A DNA stretch of 63,989 nt, counting the filler, from Octopus bimaculoides (taxonomy: Eukaryota), in assembly GCF_001194135.2 (NCBI RefSeq). It is 6 parts of 4 records of this genome, joined end to end, with 100 filler letters (N's around TTAATTAATTAA, not from the genome) between each part and the next. Parts side by side here need not be neighbours in the genome. Positions count along the whole stretch, not along the records: positions 16,476 to 43,811 come from NC_068983.1; positions 43,912 to 55,088 come from NC_068985.1; 4 more parts are not named here. One strand, 5' to 3'. A program made the position numbers and the translations under genes. Positions within the stretch are counted from its first letter, which is position 1. Each line of letters starts with the position of its first letter. The notes under the pieces were generated by a model, which worked only from the letters and a program-made list of their open reading frames with translations, was not told where the DNA came from and made no database searches. Shown piece by piece: positions 35,375 to 48,489 of the stretch.

Positions 35375-35771
35375 ATAATATTAATCTTTTCTATTATAGG
35401 CACAAGGCCTGATAGCATCAACACCAGGATGAAAGACAAAGTTTACCTCAACGGAATTTGAACTCAGAATGAAAAGACGAACGGAATGTGCAAGCGATTC
35501 TGTCAACTCGTTGCCTTAACAACAACAACAACTTCAAATTTTGGCACAAGGCCAGCGATTTTGTGGGAGGGGTACTCAACTGGTACTTATTTTATCGAGC
35601 TCGAAAGGATGAAAGGCAAAGTCGACCTCGGCGGAATTTGAAATCAGAACGCAGAGACGGATGAAATGCCGCTAAGCATTTTCCCCGGCTTGCTAACGAT
35701 TCTGCCTGCTGGCCGCCTTAACAACAACGACAATGATAATAATAATGATAATAATAATAATAATAATAATG

Positions 35772-35815
<44 letters not shown>

Positions 35816-35995
35816 CCTTTCTACTACAGGTACAAAGAAGCCTGAAATTTTCGGGGAGGGTGCCAGTCGATTAGACCAACCCCAGTTCGCAACCGGTACT
35901 TAATTTGTCGACCTCGGCAGAATTTGAACTCAGAACGTAGCGACGGACGAAATAACGCTAAGCATTTCGTCCAGCGTGCTAAAGGTTCTGTCACA
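35375..35995 (-). mobile_element. Cluster of three same-orientation SINE-A copies separated by (AAC)n/(AAT)n tails
   Basis: gaatttgaa(c/a)tcagaa at about 35455, 35636 and 35921. Confidence 0.75.
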
Positions 35996-37730
35996 GCGCA
36001 AATACCAGGAAGTAAAACTCTTATTTGTGATGTTTTGTGTCACCGCAATCGACCTCCAAGGTGGCACATTACCATTATGGCTTTCTTGTCATCTTTTTAT
36101 TGCATATAAGTTGACAAGTAAATGAAAATTTAATATTCCTTTAAACTTTTTAGGAGAATTTTTTCCTTCAAATAATTTTTTTAAATGTTTCTTGTAGGTA
36201 ACAAAGTCATTAAATAATGAAAGACCAATATTAGGTGTGGGTTATGTATGTTGGGAAAGGAGATGTAATGACATAATGGGACTTCCTCACTTAACAGCCA
36301 ATGTACCAAAAGCAATTAGCTGTGGGTTATGTGTGCTAAAGAAGGAGATACAATATAAATTTCCCATATAACTACTGACGACAGTAATTTTTTGTAAGTT
36401 TGCGCTAAGAGACTGTGTTTATTTGGATTGCTTTCAATGTTTTATTATAAGTTACAGGGTTATTTTTATCCGGCTCCCTAGTCTGCAGTGCGAGGTCTCC
36501 CATCAGAAATACGATCGTATTAGACGCAGCGCAATTTTTGACATATGAAACAAAAAGCTCCTGCAAAATACAGCAGGTTTCATTCTTTCCGATGCTGTCT
36601 ACTTTGTTATAAACTAGTATCTTGGGATACCATTTAACAGAGTAAATGTCGTAAACATTTGCTCTATTCTGTTTACGGCGGAAGTACAAGTGACTGTCGT
36701 AAACAGCTAAGGTTAATTTCGCATGCTGACACAAATTCCAAAGTTTGAAAAGACAATACCGTCGGTGACGGGATTCCAAATTGGAACATGGACAGAACTA
36801 CTATAATCCACTTATGTCGATATTTCACTATTTGTAACAATCAATGCTACCAGAATATTTTCTTATAAAAGAGTGAGTGCTACGTGAGCTTGTAATATTA
36901 AATTCAGCTTGTGGACGACCGTGACAAGGAGATGGTGACGAGAATGGGCTCGTTTAGTAGATCGCACGGTCGATGCGAATAGAATATGAAAAAGGATAAA
37001 TGAGCATAAGTGCCAGAAGGGAAAGAGAGACACAACAGGGGTAGAATGTTGAAGAGGAGATTTTATTTAGATGTTAACATGTGTGCGTTATATATACATA
37101 ATAATAGACAGGCCGTCATGAGAACAAAGTGTGTGTGTGTGTACAAACATGGATGTATGCGTGTGCGATAAGTACAGAGCATTGAAAGAGTCTATAATAT
37201 GACGTTAGAAAAATGTTCAGACACAAGGATGATAAATACCAGTTTGTAGTCAATGTACACGATAGTTGAAATGCTGTATCAAGAAGTTGTGGCTGCAATG
37301 CAGAGCCGGTTGAGGTACTGTCATACAAGAAGTTGTGGCTATGATGCAGAGCTGGTCTCTTGTTACAGAAGGTTGTCGCAGGTCGTATTTGCTGTTAACC
37401 ATGGTGAAGTAATTCACAAACAGTGTGGAGATAGAACCTGTGCGAGTGTTGCTGGTTGCTGTGTACGTAGAGAGACGATATTGATGTTAAGAAGATGGAG
37501 GCGGCGAAGATAGAGATTGCCGCATGCTGTTGGAAGAGTGTTGATGAGTCTCCATGTGGCTGCTATTGTTTCGTCGCTGGAACTGTGGTCGTGCTGTTGT
37601 ATCGTGGTTGTGTGCTCTGTGGTCAGTGGCTAGATCTCAAAAGGTCTGGAACCGAAAGGCCTCAACTCGCTGTGTCGCTGAAGTTTCATAGTGATCAGTC
37701 GGCGCAAACTGAGGTGTAGAAGAGACTGTC

Positions 37731-37820
37731 TCACGTGACCTTATCAGAAGGCTGCGATTGGTTGGGTTGCATCTTGGCGCGCAATAGAGCAGGAGACAAA
37801 TTGCGCCAATACCAACCAAT
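37731..37820. promoter_or_regulatory. E-box plus inverted pair of CCAAT elements
   Basis: tcacgtgaccttat (37731-37744), attggttgg...ttggcgcgcaat (37757-37785) inverted against attgcgccaataccaaccaat (37800-37820). Confidence 0.35.
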
Positions 37821-38554
37821 CAGAGTAGTGGACATAACAGGGTTCAAAGGTGCGGCCGAAGGCTAGCTGTTATCTACTACGTCCGTATTTATGTATATAT
37901 AACAGAGAGAGAGAGAGGAATTTCCCTAAAGTCGTACGCTACAAGCTTCTTCGATGGACAAAACGATAACGAAAATCCAAACTCCACTCTATTTCTCTTT
38001 GGAAAAGAAAAACTCTGATGGAATGATGCTGTTTTGTTTAACATTCTGTCAGATCTCTGATCAAAAACATCCAAGTTTTCAGTTTTGTTTCCTTCCCTTC
38101 TTTGAAGCAATAAAGTGTGTTTTGAAATAGATTAAGCTGCTATTTCTTGCAAATAAAACCAACATGTAAAGCTGCTTCTTAGTTCACATTGTTGAATGGT
38201 CAACTATTTGGTCACAAGGAATCGTCTACGGTTCAATATTTTATATTTTAATTTGTATAAAATTATTTTTAAATGTTTGCTTTGTAAAAGTATGGATGAA
38301 ACATTGATAAGTACGGCAAAGTGATCTGAATTTTTGAGTCAGAGCTTGATCGTTCGTTCACTTGACTGATCCGTACGTTTTGATTGAATCTTACGTGAAC
38401 GACTCATCACTAATGGCCACCACACCCAAACGGACATTCATATAGGTGTTTGATATCTGACAACTAATCCACATAATCCAGCAATTTTTGTTCTCTTGTT
38501 ATAAAAGGATTATAAGTACAAACTCACTTCGAAGACACGTGTATTTTATTAGGG

Positions 38555-39933
38555 AATTATATGATTACTTTCTTCAATTAAAAAATATTCGATTTCGTCT
38601 TGAAAAGCTTGTGTGAACATACTTTATTCTTTGTGCACTGCTTATAAAATATATGTGCGCACGCAGAAACGCACAATTTAGCGGTAGCATGGTACGACCC
38701 ATGAGGCTTCAATCATCCCTGTCAAAATGTTATTCACCCCTCGCCAGGAATCTATATAAAGAAACCCTGAGTTCAGCGGTGTAACATGAAGCATGCGGGT
38801 GGGTGGGGATGGCATAAGTATGTTTGGAGTCGGAAGTATGTTGCGGAGCCGGCCATTTTGACTACAGCACAAGACGCTCATTTTGGCTACCGTGCAGGAC
38901 GGCCAAAAGCCGACGTTTACACCACAGCCTGGCTTACAGGATACTCTTGATAATGATAGCAGTAAAGACGACGACGACGACAACGATATCCGAGTTTGAA
39001 GATGGGTTCTATTTGGTTTAGTTGCCAGTATTTCAAGACTTTAAAGTTTATCGAAAGTTTTGGCACATTAATATAATTTTCCGAGCTGAATTGCTAGAGT
39101 TATTTCACTTTTTCCAGAAAATGGTTTTCAAAAGTTATAAAGTTTGATCATTTTTACCCAGTCAGGAAACAGGATTCGGAAGCTGTTATTTTGTCAACAT
39201 CCTGAAAATAGCACGTATTGTCAAGAAAGAGTAAACAACACGTGTTTTGTAGTTTTAACCATTGTGATAGCACGGACTTAAAAGATTTATCTAAAAACAA
39301 AACAGCACATTACAAATTAAATATTAAAAAAAAAACAAAAAAATTTGTTGACCAGTTCATAAATTCACATGCTCAATTGTCAACAGATAAGTAAAACAAG
39401 TAGTTTCAATATATTTATCAACACGTGCTTTCTCGCAGACAAAGGAGTTCTCATGTTCTGCTTGTTACTATGGAAACAGGCATGAATGTGGCTGTGACGA
39501 TTGGCTAAAATTACCCAAAATTTTCAAACTTTAATAACTCTTTATTGATTTATAGCGAAAATGATTTTCACGGCATTCATTAGCCTATAAAAGTGTATCA
39601 TTATACTGAATATGAAACCAATTCGAACAGAATTGATGCCGGCAGCCAAACCGAATAGATCTAAAGTATACACATCAACACGAATAACCATCGCTCAAAT
39701 ACTATATTGACCTCTTAAGCAAATGCTCGCTATTTTGTTTATTTTTTAACGTGCATCATTTAAGGTTTTATTAGCAAATTATATGATTACTTTCTTCAAT
39801 TAAAAAATATTTGATTTCATCTTGAAAAGCTTGTGTGAACATACTTTATTCTTTGTGCACTGCTTATAAAATATATGTGCGCACGCAGAAACGCACAATT
39901 TAGCGGTAGCATGGTACGACCCATGAGGCTTCA
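38555..39933 (+). repeat. Direct repeat of about 157 bp (38555-38711 and 39777-39933, second copy cut by a gap)
   Basis: Two mismatches seen between copies; spacing 1222 bp. Confidence 0.9.
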
Positions 39934-41295
39934 NNNNNNNNNNNNNNNNNNNNNNNNNNNNNNNNNNNNNNNNNNNNNNNNNNNNNNNNNNNNNNNNNNN
40001 NNNNNNNNNNNNNNNNNNNNNNNNNNNNNNNNNNNNNNNNNNNNNNNNNNNNNNNNNNNNNNNNNNNNNNNNNNNNNNNNNNNNNNNNNNNNNNNNNNNN
40101 NNNNNNNNNNAATGGTGTTGATGGTGGTGGTGGTGGTGGTGACGGTGCTGATGGTGGTGACTGTGATGATGGTGGTGACGGTGGTGGTGGTGGTGGATCT
40201 AACATTGTCAAGCATCTTTCTAATTGTTCTCCAGTTTCCAATAATTATCTCTCACACCGCTGCACCATTCTTCTATAAGTTGGTGCTGTTAGAACTGATG
40301 GCGGCGGTGGTGCACATGATGCGGTGGCGGTAGTGTAGGTGTTGGTAGTGATGGTGGTGATGTGACGGTGCTGGTAACGGCGGTTGTTGTTGTTGTGGTG
40401 GTGGTGGTGGTGACAGTAGAGGTGATAGTTGTAGTGATGGTGGTAATGTTGGTGGTATTGGTTGTGGTGGTGGTCGTCTTCTAGGTCACAGTGGTGGTGG
40501 TGGCGATGTCGGCTTCGATGGTGGTGATTTCTGATATTGAACTGATACCAATAATATGTTGAAATGTGATGTATTGCATTGGGTTGATTTCATCAAACGC
40601 CTGTTACTGTCCCTGGGCGAGGGTACAGCCCGGGCAGCACAGTCGTATCGTTCTGACTTCGATCCCATTGCACGGATCGAGCCAAGACTTGTGTGGTTGG
40701 AAACTGTGCTGAAGTCAGCCGGATGGTTTGTGGCTGTTTATGGTCGGTTGAGCTCTCGCCCACCTGGTCCTTGGCTACTTTTAGCAAGACTCAGTTCGTG
40801 GTCGGTATTTAGGTCTCTGGTGCGAGAGTATCTTTCTCACACCCCCACACGTCACCGCATCAGTCGCAGGAGTCATAGGCGTCGTCCTTCTTCCTCCCCC
40901 TCCCCGACTAAAATATAACAAGAAGGCATGGGGTGGGNNNNNNNNNNNNNNNNNNNNNNNNNNNNNNNNNNNNNNNNNNNNNNNNNNNNNNNNNNNNNNN
41001 NNNNNNNNNNNNNNNNNNNNNNNNNNNNNNNNNNNNNNNNNNNNNNNNNNNNNNNNNNNNNNNNNNNNNNNNNNNNNNNNNNNNNNNNNNNNNNNNNNNN
41101 NNNNNNNNNNNNNNNNNNNNNNNNNNNNNNNNNNNNNNNNNNNNNNNNNNNNNNNNNNNNNNNNNNNNNNNNNNNNNNNNNNNNNNNNNNNNNNNNNNNN
41201 NNNNNNNNNNNNNNNNNNNNNNNNNNNNNNNNNNNNNNNNNNNNNNNNNNNNNNNNNNNNNNNNNNNNNNNNNNNNNNNNNNNNNNNNNNNNNNA

Positions 41296-41760
41296 GTGTT
41301 TCATCCTCTCCAAAAAGAGTGGAGGATTGTCCTGCCGTCTCTGACGAAAACCCAATCCACTTGATCCTTCTTTCTAAATACTGCAGGACCGGTTCATAGG
41401 CAGTTATCGTTTGTTGCTTTTGTTCCGTCGTCTGTTTTAAAAATGGGACATATGGGGCCATATGCCCTCTCTGTGCCAATGAAGAAAATTTCACTTAAAT
41501 TATCTGTTATGATTGTCTTCAACTCTTGATTGAACAAGAAGTCTCTGAAGTCATGGCAAAATACTTGTAGGTTACTTTCCTCCTCTCTCGCGCCTAATGG
41601 ATTGTGAGAGGCTGCCCAGAATCCTGTGTACAAAATGGTACCAAGCTTTCGTTCTTTCAGCAAGATGTTTCGTATATAGAATATTTATTTTTTGAGAAAC
41701 GTTTGCGAAGAATAGCGTTCCGTTCTTTATATTTCCAATCGCCAAACTGTACATCTATTC
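41296..41760 (-). mobile_element. Decayed RTE LINE C-terminal fragment
   Basis: NILYTKHL..KAW...; EPVLQYLERRIKWIG; RRQDNP across frameshifts. Confidence 0.45.
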
Positions 41761-41789
41761 TGTTACTGTTGCCATATTTGTTGAAAACA

Positions 41790-42130
41790 TTTTGATGACG
41801 ATGTTATATCCGTTCTGGGCCAAGCTACACTTTTCTTCCCAAGTGACACCCCTCTCGGCCAAGTGTCCCTGCACCGTCCTTTGCTGTCCTCACCGACCTG
41901 CTCTCTTTCTCCATCCTCCAACTGGCCACTCGACAGTTTTCTTTGTCGGCCTCTCCAACGGTAAGTGCAGTACATGGCCAAAGAAATTCTCTTGTCCAGC
42001 TGCGATGGTGTCTTGTCATTTTACTTAGGCCAGCTCTTCACATAATTTCATCGTTTGTGATGTGGTCAGGCCAGATGATCTTTAGAACATTTCTAAGGCA
42101 CTGGCGATGAAAAATATTCACCATATTGCA
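41790..42130 (-). mobile_element. Decayed RTE LINE C-terminal fragment
   Basis: NIFHRQCLRNVLKIIWPDHITNDEIM; FFGHVLHLPLERPTKKTVEWPVGGWRKRAGR; HLAERGVTWEEKCSLAQN. Confidence 0.7.
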
Positions 42131-42564
42131 AATTCTGACCGTCTGCCTCCATTTTTCACTTGCATATAATGCTGTCACGCAATATATTTAAATTCAATGC
42201 TAAAAGATTAGTGTTTGCTATTAATGTTTGCGTGGTAATTAAAATTTGTTTGTTTTATTTTGTTTTCTGTGCTGAAATGTGCTATTTTGTACATTTTCAA
42301 TTTTCATTTTGTAGGCGTGGCTTGAAAAATTCGTATCCATGTCAGTAACATGAAAGAAATTAAAATAAACTTCCTCGAAATATAAAGACACAAACCTTAC
42401 TTTTTCTTTCGTCAACCCATTTAAAGGGGAAATTCCACCATTTATGAGGTTATCTGTACCCAGAGTCGTTTTTTATTAAAAGTTCCTTTTTCTACGTCCA
42501 GCTCAGTTCTTACCTTCAGGTCGAAATATAAATAACGTCTCTAGTTCATACGCAGTCAACAATA

Positions 42565-42755
42565 ATCGTTTGAGGGGAGGAGGAGGTCGATTACATCGAC
42601 CCCACTACTTCACTGGTATTTATTTTATCGACCTCCAGAAGGATGAAAGGCAAAGTCAGCCACGGCGGTATTTGAACTCAGAACGTAAAGACGGACGAAA
42701 TACTGCTGAGCATTTTGTACGGCATGCTAACGATTCTGCTTGTTCACCCGCCTTA
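42565..42755 (-). mobile_element. SINE family A
   Basis: gtcgattacatcgacccc...gaaaggcaaagtc...tttgaactcagaacgtaaagacggacgaaata. Confidence 0.75.
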
Positions 42756-42892
42756 TGTATGTATGAGATATTGCGAAGACATGTACAGAGAAAGACAGTG
42801 AGAAAAACTCTTTCAATTTTTTACCCGTTCAACTTCCCATACAAACATGATTCTAAAAGCAAGAACAACTTTCACAAAATCTAAATTATACA

Positions 42893-42945
<53 letters not shown>

Positions 42946-43911
42946 ACAAAACGTTCTGAAAACAATTGTTTCTTATACTCACAAGAGTATTATCAGTCTT
43001 GAGGTCAGCGTTTCTTGAGGTGGAATCTATTTTCTCATAAACGTTGATTAGCATCAACAACTACCTATTGAAGTGCCAAGTAGCGTTGCTGAAAAATTGT
43101 TGCAAAATGCTTATCTGTAAAAGAGGTGGAGTTGTATTACTTGCTCACCCAGATTAAACTGTGTAGGTCTTAAGTTTCGTTGATATGGGGTAAACAGCTC
43201 CCTCCCCCGCCTCCTCCCAAACTAATGACAACGACCAACCAGGCTTTTTGAGAAGGGGTGGTGCCGTCAAATTTATATTAGTTGGTAAATTATCGTCCAT
43301 TCCTTTGGCACAAGGTCAACATTTTCTTTAATGTGGGCCTATTTGGAAGTGTTTTTATGTCTTGAGGGTCACGACAAAAAAAAATGAAACTGATTAAACA
43401 AGGCTTATAAAGAAAGAAACTGTTTTTTAATGTCATCCATTATAATGAAAGAATCGCTGGATTTCGTTTTTGTATTTGGTTTGCAAAATTCTTGGTGTGA
43501 ATTCATGTGTTGCAGCAAGTTTTGCTGTGTCTTGGCAGAGTCATTACTCCAAAAATATTATCACACGTATTGGTTCAATTCCACTTCTTTATTATTGGTC
43601 AATTGGTTAAATATCTAACCAACTAACGAATTGATCGTTTGTTTAATTTGTTGTTTAAACAATCAATTGTTTGTTTGTCTAAGTTCTTTCGTTGCTGTTC
43701 GCGACCTTTTCAGTGGTTCGGTGACTTCCCTTCTCGCTCTTGTGCATCCGTCACAACAAAGTCGTTACCTTTTTAATGATGTAAAAATCGATATATATAT
43801 ATATATATATANNNNNNNNNNNNNNNNNNNNNNNNNNNNNNNNNNNNNNNNNNNNTTAATTAATTAANNNNNNNNNNNNNNNNNNNNNNNNNNNNNNNNN
43901 NNNNNNNNNNN

Positions 43912-43972
<61 letters not shown>

Positions 43973-43995
43973 TACAGACAGACAGACAGACAGAC

Positions 43996-44054
<59 letters not shown>

Positions 44055-44107
44055 CAGTCAGCCAGCAGCCAGACAGACAGACAGACAGACAGACGGACGG
44101 ACGGACG

Positions 44108-44149
<42 letters not shown>

Positions 44150-44164
44150 TAGATAGATAGGTAC

Positions 44165-44229
<65 letters not shown>

Positions 44230-44230
44230 C
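43912..44230. repeat. Compound (GATA)n/(GACA)n/(GACG)n microsatellite
   Basis: Direct reading. Confidence 0.95.
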
Positions 44231-44609
44231 AGGCTGTCGTGGTTGGTGGTCGTGATCGTGGTGGTATGTATAGCTGTTATTTCTAGTAACCACGCAAATA
44301 CACTATTTTGATTCGTATGTAATTTATTGAATCTATGCTGAATGGACAAAACTGCGCTGAGGCACCAAGCCCACCTCACTTTTGAACACTGTGCATCTGT
44401 ATTTTACTGAACCCTTCTTTGTCGAAGTGACGAAAAAATCCAGCCAACCACTCAATCAAATGAAGCTACTCTAATTATGATGTAGACAAACGATAAAAAC
44501 AAGAGTGCTTTTGTCGTTGATTTTTCGTGTAGGCTGCATGAGTGGTTGTTCCTATTTCAAGGCCTTTTTCTTCTTATTTTCTTGATTATAGTAATTATAT
44601 ATTGAATTT

Positions 44610-44825
44610 CAGGACTGCGAGCTGGCAGAATCGTTAGCACGTCGGTTAAACTCTTACTTAACGGCATTTCGTCCATCTTCACGTTCAATTTCCACTAAAG
44701 TCAACTTTGCCTTCCATCCTTTCGGGGTCGATAAAATAAGTATCAGTTGAACACTGGGATCGATGTATAGGACTTAATTCCTTCCCCGAAATTGCTGGCC
44801 TTGTGCACAAATTTGAAATCGTTAT
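44610..44825 (+). mobile_element. SINE family A
   Basis: gcgagctggcagaatcgttagcac...catcctttcggggtcgataaaataag...ctggccttgtgcacaaatttgaaa. Confidence 0.75.
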
Positions 44826-44967
44826 TACATACCGAAATTATTTATCAATTTTTTCTGCATTTTTATGACGCAAATTCCCCATTCTTTTCGTTTTCGCATT
44901 TCTTTTTCTACTGACCATGTTTTGTTTCTGAATTTAATGACCGGTGATGAATGCTGAGAGCATACAG

Positions 44968-45110
44968 GTTATATATATGGGAGAATGTACGAAAAAACAA
45001 CAACAGACGAGGACAGGTGGTGTAAATAACAAAAGGATGTATTAGTATGACGCTCGGGAATACGGAAAGTCTTTGACGTTTCGAGCTACGCTCTTCAACA
45101 GAAAGAATAT
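44968..45110 (-). mobile_element. Short non-autonomous repeat with a Penelope-like terminus
   Basis: Reverse complement ctgttgaagagcgtagctcgaaacgtc resembles Penelope-type termini. Confidence 0.35.
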
Positions 45111-45352
45111 CACCTCCTGATAGTCCTGTCATGTACTAACTACAATGCAGCACCTTCTCTTTCGAGCTTTTACTGAAGAAACGGACGATTTTCACTGATC
45201 AGAACGTCCATCTACGAACAAACATTCTTCAAGCACTAATGATGTGTGTGTTTCTCTGTATGTCATTCTCTGTCTGCCTGACAGTCAGTCTGTCTGTCTG
45301 TCTGTCTCTGTCTGTCTCTCTGTCTCTGTCTGTCTGTCTGTGTTTCTCCCCT

Positions 45353-45468
<116 letters not shown>

Positions 45469-45769
45469 ATATCTGCAGAGATTCCTACATAGTGAGTGAC
45501 CAGTCACGTCTTTTGGCAACTCGTCTTTTGATGAGATGAAAACCAGAGTCATTCGTCATTGACTAAGGTTTGGCCTCTGCATTTTCAGGTTTATCATAAG
45601 TTTAGTTTTCTACCAGTCAACAGAAAGCTAAAAGTAGAAGGCACTTCAGGGGCGAAATCCCGCTCCGAAGGATACACTGGGTATGAAACAAGTTCAACTT
45701 AACGGTAACTTCTCGAAGGTTTTCTTTTTAATGTGATGATTTTGAATGACTTCCCTAAATCCCGGCTTA

Positions 45770-45960
45770 ACTAGTTCTATAGGGGAGAGGTAATACCGTA
45801 TAGGGATAAACTCTACAGACGCAGTGGTGCCACCATCCGAATCTTCCCAGTATGTTCACAGAGGGAGATGAAATTATTCCACAGGCACGTGTTCGGTGCC
45901 GAGTCCTCATTGACTTGTGGAATGCTTTCGCATCAAGGACAGACCCATGTTTGATGAAGG
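45770..45960 (+). mobile_element. Tx1-like ORF2 C-terminal zinc-finger region relic
   Basis: IPYRDKLYRRSG...FPVCSQ / DEIIPQARVRC..LIDLWNAF, a decayed version of the RDKLYR..CPRC..DETVLHAL..C motif. Confidence 0.4.
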
Positions 45961-46404
45961 GAAAGCTGTTTGACACATTGTTTCGCTATCGTCTTTTGTT
46001 CAGGCAAGATAATCAATTTTTGTTTTTCGGGTTTTCCCTATGTAGTGGTTAGAACGTAAATGCTGGACTAGATGATGAGACTAAGCGGTTTGAGTACATT
46101 GTATTTCCTTTCTAACTAAGATCTCATCATCAGTTGTTCCATTACCACTTGAAGAGGAAGGTAAGCATGGAAAAGGAAGTACTTTCCTCGTTAAAAAAAA
46201 AATGTCGAATAGTAGGTGTGAGATTGAAGCATGGCTTGGATGAGTGGTAGAAATTTGCTGAGAGAGTAGATGCTTTCTCAATCAGAGTAGTTTGCCATTC
46301 ATCTTTTCGGGGTCGATAAAATAAGGACCATTGTTGAGCACCGGGGTGGGGGGGTCGATGTAATCGATAGTCCTTTCCCCCGAAATTGCTCGCCTTATGC
46401 CAAA

Positions 46405-46408
46405 ATTA

Positions 46409-46445
<37 letters not shown>

Positions 46446-46468
46446 CATCATCATCATCATCATCACCA

Positions 46469-46559
<91 letters not shown>

Positions 46560-46620
46560 TATTATTATTATTATTATTATTAATATTATTACCATCATCA
46601 TCATCATTATTATTATGAGA
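46405..46620. repeat. Alternating (ATT)n/(ATC)n tract forming the tail of a SINE-A (46285-46410)
   Basis: Direct reading. Confidence 0.95.
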
Positions 46621-46698
46621 ATTAAGAATAGGAATAAAGATATTTATTTGCGAACTGAGTGAGAGAGACAGAGAGAGACAGAGATAATGTAAGATAAG

Positions 46699-46796
<98 letters not shown>

Positions 46797-48085
46797 GAAA
46801 GTGATACTCAGAGAAACACACATACATTCACACACATATACGTACACATTTACGAAAACAAAAGCATACGCATACAAAAATACACACACACACACACACA
46901 CACACACAGGATGTGTGGTATACTGAATCATCCTTCCACGAAGGCTTTTGAAAGTAAACAAGAGACATGTATAGTGATTTTCCGCCTATTTCTTTCATGC
47001 TGCTTCACACTGAAATCACCCCATACTGGTCGAGGTACACAGAAACGCCATGTCTTTATGTAGAGGCAAGATATCTCAACTGAACGGTAAATAATAAACA
47101 CAAAGCTGCGAAATAACACGTGCACAGCTTCTGAAGCAGTATGACAACATCGGCCCACAGGTGCCCTAGCGAGAATAAATAAGTGAATGTATGTTTGTGT
47201 ACGTGAGGGCGTGTGTGTGTGTGTGTGTGTGTGCGTGAGTGTGTGCACGCGAGGGTGTATGAGTCTATGTCTGTGTGTGTGTGGTGTGTGTGTGTGTGTT
47301 TGTGTGGACGTAGGTGTATAAACGCATCAATACATATATGTGTGTGTAGGTGGTGTGTATTTGGCTGTTTAAGTGTGCTTGTGTATGTATTGTGTATGTA
47401 TTATGGAATCGTTATAGGCTGGCGTGAATTAATACACACACACACACACACTCGCGCGCGCGCGCACATACACACACATACATACACACACATACACGCA
47501 CACATACCCCAATACATATAGATATATGCATTGATATACATGTATGCGTATGCGTATATGTGTGTGTGTGTGTGTATGTGTGTGTATGAGTATATGTGTG
47601 CGCGCGCTCGTAACAGTACACATATTTTTCTTTTGATATAGTATATCAAAGATCTTTCTATTAGCGTTTCGTTTCTTTACTTCGGATTTATATCATAGCA
47701 CCGAGTAATTTATATTTATTTATAATAATTCGTTGAGCACCTTCACCAATTTATGCTATACACCGCTTAGATGAGCTGAAATGTTTTCTGCTGAATTTGT
47801 TGGGCCCTAGTGTTACACACACACACACAAACACACTCACACACACACAGACACATGCATCGAGAGAGTGAGACAAATGTGAATGTGCGTGTGTGTACTT
47901 GTGTGTATGTGTGAATATTTGTGTTTGAGGGAAGGAAACGAACTATACAATGTTATTTGGATAAATAATTGTGTAAGATAGAGTTACGGGTGCGTTCTTT
48001 TAATAAACACACATGTTTTTCCACACCGTGAAAAATATATGCTGCGGTTAAACCACCTGTTTTTTTTCTCTGTGGCCACAAACAG

Positions 48086-48177
48086 GAGATTTGCATGACT
48101 CGTTTCAACGCTGTTTGCCGCCTCATCAGTAGTATTTTGTTCATTTATCTGACCACACAGAGAATAGACGCTTATAG
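48086..48177 (+). CDS. Candidate exon encoding a signal-peptide-like N-terminus
   Basis: tttttttctctgtggccacaaacag| ... TATAG|gtatgt; MTRFNAVCRLISSILFIYLTTQRIDAY (ATG 48095). Confidence 0.2.
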
Positions 48178-48489
48178 GTATGTATATTATAATCAAACTC
48201 AGATAGAACTCTGTTGATCTATTTCAATGTGGATAACAATATAATATGCATTGCTTAACAGAGTTTATAAACATCTATTAATTAATTAATAAAAACTTTG
48301 CTCAATGCTTTTTTCTTCTTCTTTCTTCGTCTTTATTTTGTTTTATATAAGCAGATTTAGGTGTGCGTTTTTTAATAAACATTTTTTCCTTTGCCGACCT
48401 CGTTTATTGTTTCACCATATTTTTTCACCAAGATCTGTTATGGATAGATAGATAGATAGATAGATGGATGGATGGATGGATGGATGGAT

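Noticed and set aside
35375-35995. Regularly recurring gaatttgaactcagaac repeats as a possible CRISPR-like array
   Set aside because: They are B-box regions of dispersed SINE-A copies; spacing is irregular, the intervening sequence is homologous, and no cas genes are present.
36405-36779. 124-aa minus ORF containing LVYNKVD (GTPase G4-like)
   Set aside because: No G1/G3 motifs found nearby; an ORF of this length is plausible by chance in a window this size; unsupported without a homology search.
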